A stretch of 64,000 nt of DNA. It comes from Scyliorhinus canicula (taxonomy: Eukaryota). The notes under the pieces are model-generated. The model had not been told where the DNA came from, searched no databases, and saw only the letters and a list, made by a program, of their open reading frames with translations. Below are positions 1-12,810 of the stretch, in pieces. The stretch spans positions 138,139,885 to 138,203,884 of the forward strand of contig NC_052147.1 in NCBI RefSeq assembly GCF_902713615.1, in the 5' to 3' direction. A program made the translations under genes and the position numbers. Each line of letters begins with the position of its first letter. Positions within the stretch are counted from its first letter, which is position 1.

Positions 1-2036
1 ACAGACGAGGCACTGGAACCACATTTTGAGGAGTCCGATGCACTTCTCAATGACAGCCCAGGTGGCCACATGGGCCTCCTTGTACCAGGTCTCCGTTTCG
101 GTCACCAGCCTCCGTACCTGCATCATTAGCTAAGCCCTCAGCAGGTATCCCTTATCCCCCAAGAGCCAGCTGCCCATCCTGAAGAAACGGGGGATGCCTA
201 CTGCCCAGGATGTAGCTGTCATGGATGTTTCCCGGGAAGTGTGCACACACGTGCATGATCTTCAAGTCGTGGTCGCACAAGAGCTGTTGATGGAATGGAA
301 CTGCTTTCTATTAATGTTGGGCACTCCCAGTTGGCCCGGTGAGCGCAGGGCAACATGCGTGACATCTATTACCCCCTGAACCTGGGTATCCCGGCAATGG
401 CGGAGAAACCTGCTGCCCAAGCGGGCGCCTTGCAGAGCTTGGTCAATGTCAAAGATGATGTAGCTTTCCACCTGGGCAAACAGGGCATCCGTGACCTATC
501 AAATATACCTGTGGGCTGTGGCCTGCAACTGCTCGATCCCCGCTCAAGCCCTGAAATAATTTGGAGGTGTAAATGTTCAAGGCTGCAATAACCTGGAAGG
601 CCACTGGGAGCAGGTGTCCTCCTCCTCCATGTGGTGTGGTGCCAAGTCCGCCAGGACATGGCTCACATGCCGCACTGTCTGCTTGTTGAGGCAGAGCCTC
701 ATGCGGGGCACGCCCTGTCCATCATCTGTTCAAATGACCAGCAACACCTGTAAACCCTGGGCTGTCGCGGGCCTCCCCCTCTGGGTTCCTCCCTAGCCTG
801 ATGAGCGGCCGGGTCCCCTGGGTGTGGGGCAGGGTCGGCACATGGGCCGCCGCCTCGAGCATCTGCAGACGCTGCTGCTGCTGCCATCTCCGGCGTCTGG
901 CCGCCCGGCCTATCAGCAGCATAGCTAGGGCTAGTTCTGCTGGGTCCAAAATCCCTGCCATAATGTTCAATATTTGTAAAGCACTGGAAGAGTGTTAGAC
1001 TCTCAAACAGCAGTGGCTCCCACCCCGGGACCTCCATTCCCCCATTGATCCCCTCCACCCAGAACGCCCTACCCACACAAACCAGGCCGCCGTGAGCTCC
1101 CCTCACCGGACCCCAAACCCTGTACCCTGGACACCTCAAAATATCACTTGACCAGGCGCTGGTCCCCTTTCCGGTGCACTCACTCACCCTCTAGCCATGT
1201 ACATGTCCCCAGAGCTGTGTTCCATCCCCTGGGTGTTCGGATGTTGGCTGCTGTGTCCGTGGTGTTCCCCCCTGCAGTATTCACGCACTGTAACCAGGCA
1301 TCAGGGTGTGATTGGGATGCTAGGCAATGACTCCCACATGCTACATGGCCCACCCACCCACCGAAATCCACTTGGCATGTGTGACGAGTTCACTTAACCA
1401 TGATTGCCAATTCCCGATTAGCAATAGCCTTCAGCTACATGGCCAGAGGCTTTAGCAGTCAGTTGAGGTTATGGGTGGTCATTGGGGCAGATGGGCCGAG
1501 ACAAGGGTTGCACCCGGAACGGGTTCACTCAATCCAGCGACTGACATGTTGGTGCCGCGAGCAGTTGCCCCCCCAGCGCCTCCCCCCCACACTCCCATGG
1601 CAGCCCACTCCAGCTGAGGGTCGCCCATTCCCTGCCAAGCACTGTAGTGGCAACCCCAACACCCCCGGGCTCTTTGTCTGTGACCCAAGACGGCTACTCA
1701 CCTCCTCAGCTCCCCACAGAAACCCTTCACCAGGTTCACATTTTTCAAAAAGAGTACTAATCGGCATCAGCGTGACCACTTGCTGGGGAGGCCACTGAAT
1801 AACAAGAGCTCGTTGGATATGGGGTGGCTCTCGTTAATTGTATGGAAGTGGGTTTCAGTGGTGATAATTGGTTTCTCGCCACATTACGGCGAGAACCCAA
1901 TTTCGCCGAGGGGAGCGGGCTGGTTGCATTGCAAACTGTTTGGCACCTGGCACGGTTCTCGTTTTTAGTTTCTCCCACCATTCAAAGGACTCGTTTCGCT
2001 TGAGCGAGAGCGTAACAAAGCCGGAAAATTGCGCCC
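1..2036 (-). mobile_element. PIF/Harbinger DNA transposon, degenerate; HARBI1-like DDE transposase remnant, truncated at window start
   Basis: Frameshifted minus-strand translation of ~1-970 shows Harbinger transposase motifs (GVIDVTHVALR, NRKQFHSIN, HFPG..HDS.IL, GDKGY, EAHVATWAVIEKCIGLLK). The terminus ...GAAAATTGCGCCC ends at 2036 and is followed by TTA, a Harbinger-type 3-bp target. Confidence 0.85.
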
Positions 2037-2051
2037 TTATTATCTATTATA

Positions 2052-2820
2052 TGGAGGAATTCTCCCAAGTCCCCACCGGCATGTTTGACAGTGGGCATTG
2101 GGGGAGAATATGGTGTGGGAGGGCCAGAAATCAGTTTTACTCTGGCATGAATTTATAATGGGATCTTCTGCTCATGCCCACCATGGCGGGTTGGAAAACC
2201 TGCCAGAGGACAGCGGGAACTTCCCGTTAGTGGGAAATAGACAAAGGTCCAACCCCCCCATGTCTTGTCAGCGATACCGGCGTGAAACACATTTGTACAA
2301 CGTGGCATGTAGTTGTCGGGATTTATCTGAACAATGCCTGGGGCTGCCTCCACAGTTCAGGGTGGAGGCTGCCCACACCCCTGGACCCTGGAACACCACT
2401 GCAATGAGTCGGGGTGCATATGCAGGTGGACCTTCCAGATTCGGTGTCCGGGAGGGTATTCATCTTCCAGCCAAAAAATGTTCTTGGAGATCCAACGTCA
2501 TTTGCACGAGGTCCACCTTCTTAGTGTGTCAGTGATGATGGGCATCTTTTCAACATGGCTCCTGGACTATGCACCATCCAGGCCAGTGAATATTAAATGA
2601 GAACCTGGCTGCATAATGAATGAAGTGGCTGCTGGAAAATTTAGCATGTTTTCCTGCTAAACACTCCACATTGCCGCCCCAACCATGGCACTTGGGGCTG
2701 GATTCTTCCACCCTGCCTGCCACAAGATCACCACGGGTGGGACATGGACCATGTAAATGTCCATTGACCTCAGGCGGGACTTCCGGGCACCGGGTGGGCT
2801 CGGCTGTAGAATCCCACCCC
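2052..2820. mobile_element. Old Harbinger-derived non-autonomous element
   Basis: Degenerate termini GGAGGAATTCTCCC ... AGAATCCCACCCC resemble the TIR family seen elsewhere in the window. Confidence 0.5.
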
Positions 2821-2968
2821 TACTCTCAAATTGGAAGAATTCCGCCCATACTCTTGCCTGCGTCCATCTTTAATTGCCCCACATTCCCCATTGTCACCTT
2901 CTTTCTCTCAGTATATTCATACATTCCTTTCCCATTGGATTTGATATACCTTTCAAGATTGTTATCTT

Positions 2969-3258
2969 GACCCGGCTGGGTCACTGTCTGTGTGGAGTCT
3001 GCACGTCCTCCCCGTGTGTGCGTGGGTTTCCTCCGGGTGCTCCGGTTTCCTCCCACAGTCCAAAGATGTGCAGGTTAGGTGGATTGGCCATGCTAAATTG
3101 CCCGTAGTGTCCTAATAAGTAAGGTTACGGGGGGGGTTGTTGGGTTACGGGTATAGGGTGATAGGGTGGATACGTGGTTTTGAGTAGGGTGATCATTGCT
3201 CAGCACAACATCGAGGGCCGAAGGGCCTGTTCTGTGCTGTACTGTTCTATGTTCTATA
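2969..3258 (+). mobile_element. HE1/V-domain-like tRNA SINE, 5'-truncated
   Basis: Core GTGGGTTTCCTCCGGGTGCTCCGGTTTCCTCCCACAGTCCAAAGA plus a CR1-like tail ending (GTTCTAT)n. Nearly identical to the copy at 53355-53688. Confidence 0.85.
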
Positions 3259-4884
3259 TTTAATATTTCTTTTTGCACCTCTGATTATTTTCCTTGCGTC
3301 CCTGTGTTGCTTTACATCACTCTTCCAGTCCACTAGATTTCCCCATTTATTTGCATATTTGTTTGTTTTTTCTTTTAGCTTTACACTATCTCTCACCTCA
3401 GTTAAGAGCTTGGATGCTAAAATGCATAAGTGAAACCTTTGCCTTTTAGGGTTGTTAATCTTTTTTAGACCCTAACCAAAATAAATATTCAAACAAGTTG
3501 AATTAAAATGAACATGTTACTTTAAAAATACTAACTAACTACCCTCATGTTTACATTTGCAGACTTTGTAAATTAACACCTTACCATGTTTGGACAGTTC
3601 TAAGAATTATTTGTGGGCAGGATGCCTGGGTTTGCTGGGTGACTTTGCTTTGGGTTAGATGAATGCCCTACATTTTAATTCAAGCACGGGATTTGATCAG
3701 TGAAACCACAGTCATTTTGACTTTTATGATTGATAGGAGCAAAATGGGATGTGATGTAATACCTGTTCTTGTTCCCTATTCAGTAGTTTATTGTGCTAAT
3801 CAATGTTTAGCAGGTAGGCAAGGAATTAAACATTACCAAGGGAGAGATTCCCGAGCAGTTATACAGATGGAAAGGTCTGCATTGTTTACCTTTTTGTAAC
3901 CTCACCACACATGTGGTTTTGTGGTATTTGACTTTGTACAATTGTGGTTTGTCTTCACATCAAAGTTACAGAAAGTAAATAGTTGAGGTACTAATAGCGA
4001 AAAGCCTTTCTTTCAAGAGGCACCAGATGCCATTCAAAATGTGCAGCACTCAACACAATGTGGCTGAATCAATATGGTCCTCAACACCCAGTAAATGCTG
4101 AGAAACATTTCTGCCCATCTATATTGATCCAAAGCTTTGTTCCAAATTGTTTTAGATCTGTATAAAATCATTTAATCAATGATTACATCTGCTCTCTCAG
4201 TTACTTCAGTGAAGGGAGCGATTGTATCCTGTCAAATCTTAAATGTGAAATGTATGAGGATGACTGCTACTGTCCATTTTTACTGGCAAATAAAGAACTT
4301 GTACCACAGAATCTGTCCTGGCTGAAAATACCTCCATACTAGCGTTTCATACAAAGAGCTCGCTATTTCACAAGAGCCGGAGCTCATGCATGCATTTTGT
4401 ACATTTTCTTTTATATAAGTAAATGTTAAATCTCTGTCAGTGAGCTTGCCCTGCACTCCAATCTTCACATCCACACTTCGAAGAAACACACCGAGCAATC
4501 TAATTTGTCAGTTTGCACTTTTTTCATTGAGCACTCCTGCCTCCTTGTTCACATTTACATTGCAAGTTAAATAATTGAATGCATCTATATTATTCATTCA
4601 CCTCAGCAGTTTAAAAATCTGAAGATTGTCTTCTCTTCATCTTTTCAGAAGAAGTGAGTTCAGTTTCACTGGTCTCACTCCGTAGCATCTCTCTTCTCCC
4701 AAAGGGGAGAAATTCTGCTTGTGTACTGACCAGTGATCTCTTCACTGGCTCCACTTTGAACCTTCTCCACTACTTTAATATTTGTTTGCAGAAAATATAT
4801 CCAGAATTGCACCAATCCTAATCTGGCACTACCAGTACTGTACTAAAAACAGAAAAGGCTGCTTCGGGTTAAATTAAATGGATG

Positions 4885-5970
4885 GGAAGATTGTTGATTC
4901 CAATCCTACTTTGGAGTCCTTGGGCGGGATTCTCCCGTACTCGGTGGGGCGGGGGGTCCCGGCGGTACGGACTGGTGTGAACCACTCCGGCGTCGGGCTG
5001 CCCCAAAGGTGTGGAAACCTCCGCACCTTCAGGGGCTAGGCCGCCGTCGGAGTGGTTGGCGCTTCGCCGGCCGTAGGGATAGGGGCTTGGTGCCACGCCA
5101 ACCGGCGCATGTGCGGGAGTGTCAGCGCGTGCTGGCATCATCCTCGCGCATGCGCAGAGGGAATCAATTCCTCACTGGGAACGATGCAGGACCACGGCCT
5201 CTGGTGCGGAACAATAGAGTCCCCCCACGGCACAGGCCCGCCTGCGGATCAGTGGGCCCTGACCGCGGGCCAGGCCACCGTGGAGGCACCTCCTGGGGCC
5301 AAATCCCCCTGCGACCCCCCCGGAGCCCGCCCACGCCGCCAGGTCCCGCCGGTAAGGGACCTATTCTGATTTACGCCGGCGAGACCGGCTACAGACGGGC
5401 AGGACTTCGGCCCATCGCGGGCCGGAGAATTCGGGTGGCCCCAGCGCCCATTGAGTCACGCTGGACCCCGCCATTCTCCGAGGTGGGCGGCGCAACTCAC
5501 ACTAGTCCAGTTTTTGGGGGGGCGGGAGAATTAGGAGGATGGCAGGGGCGAGATTCACACCGACCCCCCCCCCCCCCCGCGATTCTCCCACCCGGCGGGG
5601 GGGGGGGGGGGGGGGGGGGTCGGAGAATCCCGCCTTAGCTCAAATGTAGACTAACACTCCCCGAGGGGTACTGAGGGAGTGCTGTGCTGTCAGAGTGCTA
5701 TTTTAAATGAGGTGTTAAATTGTGGCCCTGTTTGCCCTCTCAGGTGAAAATAAAAGATCCTTCAGCACTGTTTTAGAAAAGAGTACAGGACCTTTCCCGT
5801 CATCTCGGCAATATTGATACCTTAACAGAAATCACTAAAAGATGATCTAGAAACTATCACATTGCTGTTTGCGAGCCAATTGGCTGCTGCTCTTCCTAAG
5901 TTACAATGTAAAGTACTTTGGAACAGCCTGCACTAGTAAAATGTGCTTTATAAATGCAAGTTCTTTCTTT
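4885..5970 (+). mobile_element. Deu-domain SINE (SacSINE1/AmnSINE1-like), interrupted by a MITE
   Basis: Deu-like blocks GTACTGAGGGAGTGCTG, CCCTCTCAGGTG..AAAAGATCC and TATCACATTGCTGTTTG, with tail ATAAATGCAAGTTCTTTC. Confidence 0.7.
4922..5634. mobile_element. GC-rich Harbinger-type MITE (~710 bp)
   Basis: TIRs GGGCGGGATTCTCC ... GGAGAATCCCGCC followed by TTA; CpG-rich; homologous to 20779-21662. Confidence 0.85.
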
Positions 5971-5999
5971 ATGTCTCATGAACTATGCTTCTTCTTCAT

Positions 6000-6880
6000 T
6001 AATGCCATATGCGTTATCCCCATCGCAAATCATTGGCTCGATCGAACGGCCTCTTTGCCCCCCGACTCGCAAGAGGCTTCTCGTGAGATTTGCACTGCTT
6101 GGAACGCCTCATGAGATCTTGCAAGTCTCACGTCCTGGATCTCGCCCAGTGAGGGTAAGGTCCAGATTTACATATTCAAGTAAGCCATTAGGCTCATTTG
6201 AATATGTCAGCACTGGATTCTCCGAGACTCGGGAACTAACATCCGATCCCGAAGACCTCGTCATGGTGCCATTTAGCATTAGTCTGCACAAAGGTGGAGA
6301 GGGATAATGGAATCTGGGTGGAGTCTCCCAAATCAGAGGAGGCCTCCAGGTGGTCAGGCTCTAAGCAGGCTGGCACTCCACTACCACCCAGGCACTTTGG
6401 CACTGAGTCTGGCACCTTGACAATACCATCCAGGAACCCTGGCAGGAATGCTGTCAGGAAGCCAGGCTGGCAGTGCCAAGGTTCCCAGGTGTCAAGTTTC
6501 TGATGTCAGGGATTGGGCCCATAGGTGCCCAGCCCTTCAGAGGTGGGGTGAGGGGGGTGCTTGAGGACCCCCTAAGAGGTACGGTATGGCATTGGAGGGG
6601 TCCAGAGGCACCGGTGAGGAGTTCCAGGGAGGGGTGGAATCAAGAGATTGGGTAGCATTGAAAAATAATGCCCCAATCTCTTCCTGCACTAATGATTTGA
6701 GCTCGTCCGTGCAAAAAGTGAGGCAAGTGCGGCCTTGGCAGGACTTTTCTGACCAAAACCCCCAAAAAATAGATTCCTGTTTGATAGCGGGGTCATTCTT
6801 GGCGCTACAGGTGCCGAGAAACACCCACTCTCAAATTGGACTCTGTTTTTTGGGTGTTAACCGCATCCCATATTTTCTTG
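6000..6880. mobile_element. Degenerate Harbinger-type non-autonomous element
   Basis: GC-rich block with TGGCACT/AGTGCCA internal repeats and CTCGTGAGAT-type subterminal motifs; ends not resolved. Confidence 0.4.
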
Positions 6881-7816
6881 AATCCTGTCACAGCACACCT
6901 TATAACATCACGTCATACCACATCGTGTCACGCAATACCATATCACACCATGCAATGTGCTAAGTAATATAGAACTAAAAAGTTGCCATATTGCACTTCA
7001 TAAAAGGTTCAAAGAAGTAATCACTGCTTTTTGTCAGCTCTTTGTTGTTCTTGCACTTTGCTTGCCATAATATTATCCATAAAGTCAATAAAAATTGTTG
7101 CTTTTGGGGAAATGAAATCTGTTGCTGGAGACTCAGCTAGATGTTAATAAAAAGGAAATGGGAATGTGGAAATGAATTATATTGCCCATATGCTGTTCAA
7201 ATCATAGAAAAGTACATTTTATTTCTAAGTGTTCTATGTGACTCATTCACAGTAGCATGACAAACAATGCTTACAGCGATTTTAATGCCAATTGTGCTAT
7301 GCTTCAATAAAAACAGAAAATGGGCAGAGAGGTAATTTCAGCAGCTAGATCTGCTTCTTCCACTTTGCAGACTTTTCCCAATTTTGATTTGTGTGCATTT
7401 TAAAAGGTTCTGACTAAATAAGTTGCTACAATTGAATTACTTTCAATTAACCTCCAATGTGCAGGAAGTATTTTTTTTGTGTGTAGAAGCAATCTTCTAA
7501 TAAATGTAAGAGGTCGGTAAACCATATACAACCTTGACATAGTTTCACTTTAGGCCAGTTTTGCACTTCTTGATCAACATCCTAGATGTCCTGTTGGAAA
7601 GCTTTCTCACAATGTTTGTAACAACCTCAGGTACCAGTCACTAAACAAGATTGTTATTCTAAGCATTTGGTGACATACAAGTGAAACAATTCATGTGTCC
7701 GTATTTGGAAAAACCACTTAAACTCTCCTTTCTGCATGTTGTGTCACAACAAGTGATTAAGACTTGTTGTTAGTGTCTTCAATGCTAACATTTCCTGGTT
7801 TAATTCATTATTAATT

Positions 7817-8133
7817 GGGCGGCATGGTAGCACAGTGGTTAGCACTGTTGCTTCACTACGCCAGGGTCCCAGGTTCGATTCCAGGCTTGGGTCAGTGTCA
7901 GGTGCGGAGTCTGCATGTTCTCCCCGTATCTGCGTGGGTTTCCTCCGGATGCTCCGGTTTCCTCTCACAAGTTCCAAAAGATGTGCTTGTTAGGTGAATT
8001 GTACATTCTGAATTCTCCCTCAGTGTACCCAAATGGGCGCCGGAATGTGGCAACTAAGGGATTTTCAGAGTAACTTCATTGCAGTGTAAATGTATGCCCA
8101 TTTGTGACAACAATAAAGATTATTATTATTATT
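7817..8133 (+). mobile_element. tRNA-derived V-type SINE with (ATT)n tail
   Basis: Pol III A box TAGCACAGTGG, B box GGTTCGATTCC, V-like core, tail AATAAAGATTATTATTATT. Confidence 0.85.
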
Positions 8134-8343
8134 GGATGCACGCTTCGTGAAGTATAGGGGGCAGACCATGATAGATGAATAAATGTGTACCTAAATGAAA
8201 TATAAAAAGTTAATTCGTCATTGGGAACAGACTAAAGGGGTAAGAATAGGTTCCACATTATGCAGCTGGTCCGATTTCCCTTTGACTGACTCTAATAGAG
8301 GTGTAAATCAGGCAGGGTATACGATCCTGTATCGGCAGAATTA

Positions 8344-8652
8344 TAATAAGAATAATCTTTATTTCTGTCAGAAGTAGGCTTACATTAACATGGCAATGAA
8401 GTTACTGTGAAAATCTCCTAGTCGCCACACTCCAATGCCTGTTCGGGTACACAGAGGGAGAATTCAGAATGTTCAAATTACCTAACAAGTGCGTTTTTCA
8501 GGATTTGTGGGAGGGAACCGGAGCACCCGGAGGAAACCCACGCAGACATGGGGAGAACGTGCAGACTCCACACAGACAGTGACCCGAGTCGGGAATTGAA
8601 CCCGGGACCCTGGTGCTGTGAGGCAACAGTGCTAACCACTGTGCTACCGTCC
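8344..8652 (-). mobile_element. tRNA-derived V-type SINE, same family as 7817-8133, inverted
   Basis: Reverse complement has the same head, core and tail. Confidence 0.85.
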
Positions 8653-8872
8653 AATACAACATCAATTAAGGTATTGTACTGGGTTAAGATGTCAAGGTGT
8701 TGTATTCAGATGATGTGGAATTTGAAGGGAAGGACAGAGAATAAATACACATGGACACAGAGACATAATTGTCTCTGTAATTTAAAGTCTTGCATCCTGT
8801 TACTAACTAGAAATCTGGTGGAAGAATTTAGTATGGGTTTCACACTTATTCTGGACTAAAACAAAAGGCATG

Positions 8873-9028
8873 AGGTGGGATTCTCCACCCCGATGCGCCA
8901 CCTTTCTGCCCGGGATTCTCCGTTCCGCCAGCAGATCAATGGGGTTTCTCATTGTGGGCAGCCCCATGCCGTCGGGAAACCCCCGGGCGCCAGCAAACGG
9001 AGAATCATGCCAGCGAAGAATCCTGCCC
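8873..9028. mobile_element. Short Harbinger-type MITE (~155 bp)
   Basis: GGTGGGATTCTCC ... AGAATCCTGCCC termini; related copies at 14303-14470, 39804-39959 and 55796-56027. Confidence 0.7.
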
Positions 9029-9538
9029 AAGAAATCGAATTTGCAGCACAAGTTTACATGTCAGGACGACACTGAAAATGTGTCTAATACCATACTGGCC
9101 ACAAATTAATGTTATTTAAATTTGTTAATAAGCATGAACAAGGACTTTTAAAATTCTTTCATGAGATGTGAACATCATGGCAAGGCCAGTATGTATTACG
9201 CATCCCTAATTGTCCTCAAGAAGGTGGTAGTGAACCACCTTCATTAACTGCTGCAGTCCATAAGGTGTAGGTATTTGACCCAGCAGCAGTGAAGGTACAG
9301 TGATATAATTCCAAGTCAAGATGCTGTGTGACTTGGGAGGAAACTTGCAGGTAACACAAGTTCCTGTGTGTCTGTTGCCCTTGTCCTTTATGTGGAAGGA
9401 GTCACAGGTTTGAAGATGCTGCCAAAGGAGACTTATTGAGTTTCTGTAGTGCACCCTATACCTCAGAAAGAATACATTGGACTTGCAGTGTAGATTCATC
9501 AGAACGTTACCAAGACCCAAAAATTAGATTACGTGGAG

Positions 9539-10176
9539 TGTCATGTGAGAGTACCTTTAGGAAATGGATGTTTAAGCAATGTACCTTTAAGAAATGCAGC
9601 AGCTCATATTACTGAAGTGATGTCAGAGTGTGGGTGGAGCTGGGTTTATAGCTCAGCCATTTTGCAGTGTTTTGGGTTTCAGTTTGAGAAAGCAGCTGAA
9701 AAGTGCCTGGCTGGTTTGCTGTGAGCTGTTTTGAAAGGAGAAAGCCAGTTTTGAGAAAAGAGCTTAGGTGTGTCTGTGTTTGCAGTAAGCTGGATCTACT
9801 GTGATCATTGCCAGGAAAGACTATCTCTGAATCATTTGGGTGATTTAAACTCATAATAGTAATATTTTTAACCTGATGTGTTTCTGTTTAAAGTCTTTTG
9901 GAGGTTTGAAGGAACATTTTGAGGGATTATTTAGTGTTGTATTATTTTCGGGGTTATCTTTGAAGGGGTGTTAAGATATCCAATGTTTATTTAAGAAGGT
10001 TAAGTTGAATTTGTGGAATAAACATTGTGCTGTGTTTAAAAACCCATGTGTCCATAATTGTAGTACCACACCTGGAGACCAAGCCGTGTGCTTCAAAAGC
10101 AACAATCCATTAAAGGGAGAGGTTGGTTGAACTCCATGATACATTTTGGGGTTCTGAAAACTCCGCTCCCATAACA
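9539..10176 (+). mobile_element. Solo LTR (Gypsy-like) with 4-bp TSD
   Basis: Starts TGTCAT, ends ATAACA, flanked by identical GGAG (9535-9538, 10177-10180). Internal AATAAA near 10017. Splits a CR1 remnant. Confidence 0.8.
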
Positions 10177-10180
10177 GGAG

Positions 10181-10585
10181 CAATTGTATAAACTAGACCT
10201 GGAATGTCAAAGGTTAAGAGGTGATTTATTTGAGGTTTTTAGGGTTTTGAAAGAAAGTAATAGGATAGAATAAGCAAAACTCATTCAACTGGTGAGAGAG
10301 TCAAGGAAGGGGACATAACCTTAAAATCAGAGCCAAACCATTCAGGGGAGAAGTTAGGAAACATTTTCTTAAGCAAAGGGTGGTAAAGGTGTGGAACTCT
10401 TCCCCCATGTAAAATTTTAATTTAATCATTCTAAATCTGAGATCAATAATTATTTGCTTGTTCAGGATATAGTGGGATTTGGAACCAAGACAAGTGGACG
10501 GAGTGAAGATATTGACCTGCCATAGTCTCTTTGAATAGCAGAATAAGCTCAAAGGTCTGCATGGCCAATGCCTATTCCAATGTCC
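10181..10585 (+). mobile_element. CR1 LINE 3' remnant
   Basis: AGGTTAAGAGGTGATT, TTCAGGGGAGAAGTTAGGAAACATTTT, TGGAACTCT and a CR1-type 3' UTR. Confidence 0.7.
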
Positions 10586-11559
10586 CTGTGCAATCAGGAC
10601 CCTTTTCTGAAATTGGCATCCTTCTGCACCTGAAATATAATTTCCTTCACAGCATAGCAAATCAGGGAGGGAGCAAGCATCTTTCATCAGCCATCTTTGA
10701 AACCTCCATTAAGTCTCTGATTAGTTGTTTCTAGGCTGCTTCTTGGTCAAGTTATCCATTGTTTTGGCAAGTGTTTTCCATCATATACGGTACATTTTCA
10801 GAGTCACTTTATGGATAACAAGAACTGGTTCACTGCATTTTCTGGTTCTCGATTGCTGCTCACCTTTGCAGGATTATCCTGAATTTCAAAATAACCCATT
10901 GTTTCTGTTGCCCACTACAAATTGTCTTCTTAAACCCTTCTTCTCTGCTTCCTCCATTCTCACCACCAACAATGTGAAAGGAGTTTATGGATTTCTTTGT
11001 CACAGATGTTGGAATGATCAGTTCAGCTGCCTTTACTACCTCCCTTCCTTCCCCTAGCACACCAGGCCAAAATTCCCATAAGCATCCCCTGTCCCAGGCC
11101 TGAGCTCACATCTTTTCCAAGCCTCCCCCTATCTCCTTTCATGCCCTCTCTGGGCTCACCTTGTCCATGAAACCACCTCCTGCTCCCTCAACCCTATTCC
11201 CATCAAACCACTGACCATCCAACTTCTCTTCCTGGCACCCATGTTGGGCGATATTGTTAATGCATCTCTCTGCTCCGGTACACCCCCCCCCCCCCCCCCA
11301 TCTTTCAAATCTGTCCTTTCCTTTCAAAAGACTATCCTAAATTTAAATTTCCCCCCCACTTTGCAAAGTCCTTGGATTTACTGTTTCCTTCTAAGTCTCT
11401 GTTCCTCTTTCCTGCATCTCCAGTTGGGTTTCTGACAATGCCAGAGTACCAAAACAGGCCCTTATCAAGTCACAAACAGAATTTCACTTAACTGTGACTG
11501 TGATAAACCATTCTTCCCCACCTCCACAACCTGTCTGCAAGTTTTGGCATGATTGAACT

Positions 11560-12060
11560 AATAACCTTCCTCAAACTTGTCCTCTATCATCCAGATGGGT
11601 CGAATCACCCTTGCTTTGATCTATACTTATTAATCCAGTTGTAGGCAAAGATTTACCTGCAGGGGCTTTTCTTCTAGTTCCAGAACCATTACCTCTGGAG
11701 CCATCCCCAACCCCCTCCTCATTCCCCATTTTGTTGCTGCCCCTCGGCAAAAACACATTAGGTTCCACATGTACACTAACGACACCCAGATCTAACTCTC
11801 TCGACTCCTCATCTATCTCTGAATTGGCATACTTTTTGCCCAACATCCAGTATTGGATGAGAAGAAATTTCCTCCACTGAAGTATTGAAAAGCCATTTTC
11901 CTAATTTCCCACCACAAACTCCATTCCTAGTAATTGTTTCAATCTTCTCTGCCAACCGTCTGAGGCTGAACTGCACGGTTTGCAATCTTCCTGTTGCAAT
12001 TGACAATGAGGTAAAGCTTCCAACCATATATCCGCTCCAACATCAAATTTGTCTGCCTCA
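11560..12060 (+). mobile_element. Ancient L2-like LINE RT remnant
   Basis: TTCCACATGTACACTAACGACACCCAGATC resembles the FHMYADDTQI catalytic motif, followed by a WMRRNFL-like segment. Confidence 0.55.
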
Positions 12061-12487
12061 AAACTACTTCTTTCATATAATGGGAAACACTTATCATGGG
12101 ATGTCTAGTTTGGCTATTGACCTGATGGCCTCCTGAGATGCCCAGTGGAGGAATTAAGGGGCTTCTCACAACACATTTCAGTGGACAGGTTGACGTGATG
12201 TGATCCATGATCTGATAATCATAGCCACAATAATTCTTTGGGCCATCTTTCACTTTCCACTTGAAGACCATGTGGTTGCATTGTCCATGCTCTCTGTGTA
12301 TTTGGTTGCATGCTGTGGACTTTGAGGAATGGCCATCCTGGTTTTAAATATTTTCTTCACGAGTTTTTTATGTCTTTCTGAACGGGACGATCGGTGATAC
12401 TCGTGACTTTTTTCCATTTCATTGAGCAGGGTAGTATCAAAGCAGAAGACGGATACCAGGAACCACCCAGTTCGAAGGGACACAAAT

Positions 12488-12810
12488 GTCATAGAATCAT
12501 AGAATTTACAGTGCAGAAGGAGGCCATTTGACCCATCATGTCTGCACCGGTCTGGAAAGAGCACCCCACTTAAGCCACACCTCCACCCTATCCCAGTAAC
12601 CCCAAGTAACCCCACCTAACCTTTTCTAGACACTAAAGGCAATTTAGCATGGCCAATCCACCAACCTGTACGTCTTTGGACTGCGGGAGGAAACTGGAGC
12701 ACCCGGAGGCAACCCATAGGGAGAACAGACAGTGACCCAAGCCAAGAATCAAACCTAAGAGCCTGGAGATGTGAAGCAACAGCGCTAACCACTGTGCTAC
12801 CACACAGCCC
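12488..12810 (-). mobile_element. HE1/V-like SINE
   Basis: Reverse-complement tRNA head, V core and (ATTCTATG) tail. Confidence 0.8.

Noticed and set aside
4922-5638. CpG-island-like block with long GC-rich ORFs (also 20779-21772)
   Set aside because: These are multi-copy TIR-bounded MITEs, not promoters or genes.
7817-7890. tRNA-like A/B boxes (many copies)
   Set aside because: These are SINE heads followed by V/Deu cores, not tRNA genes.
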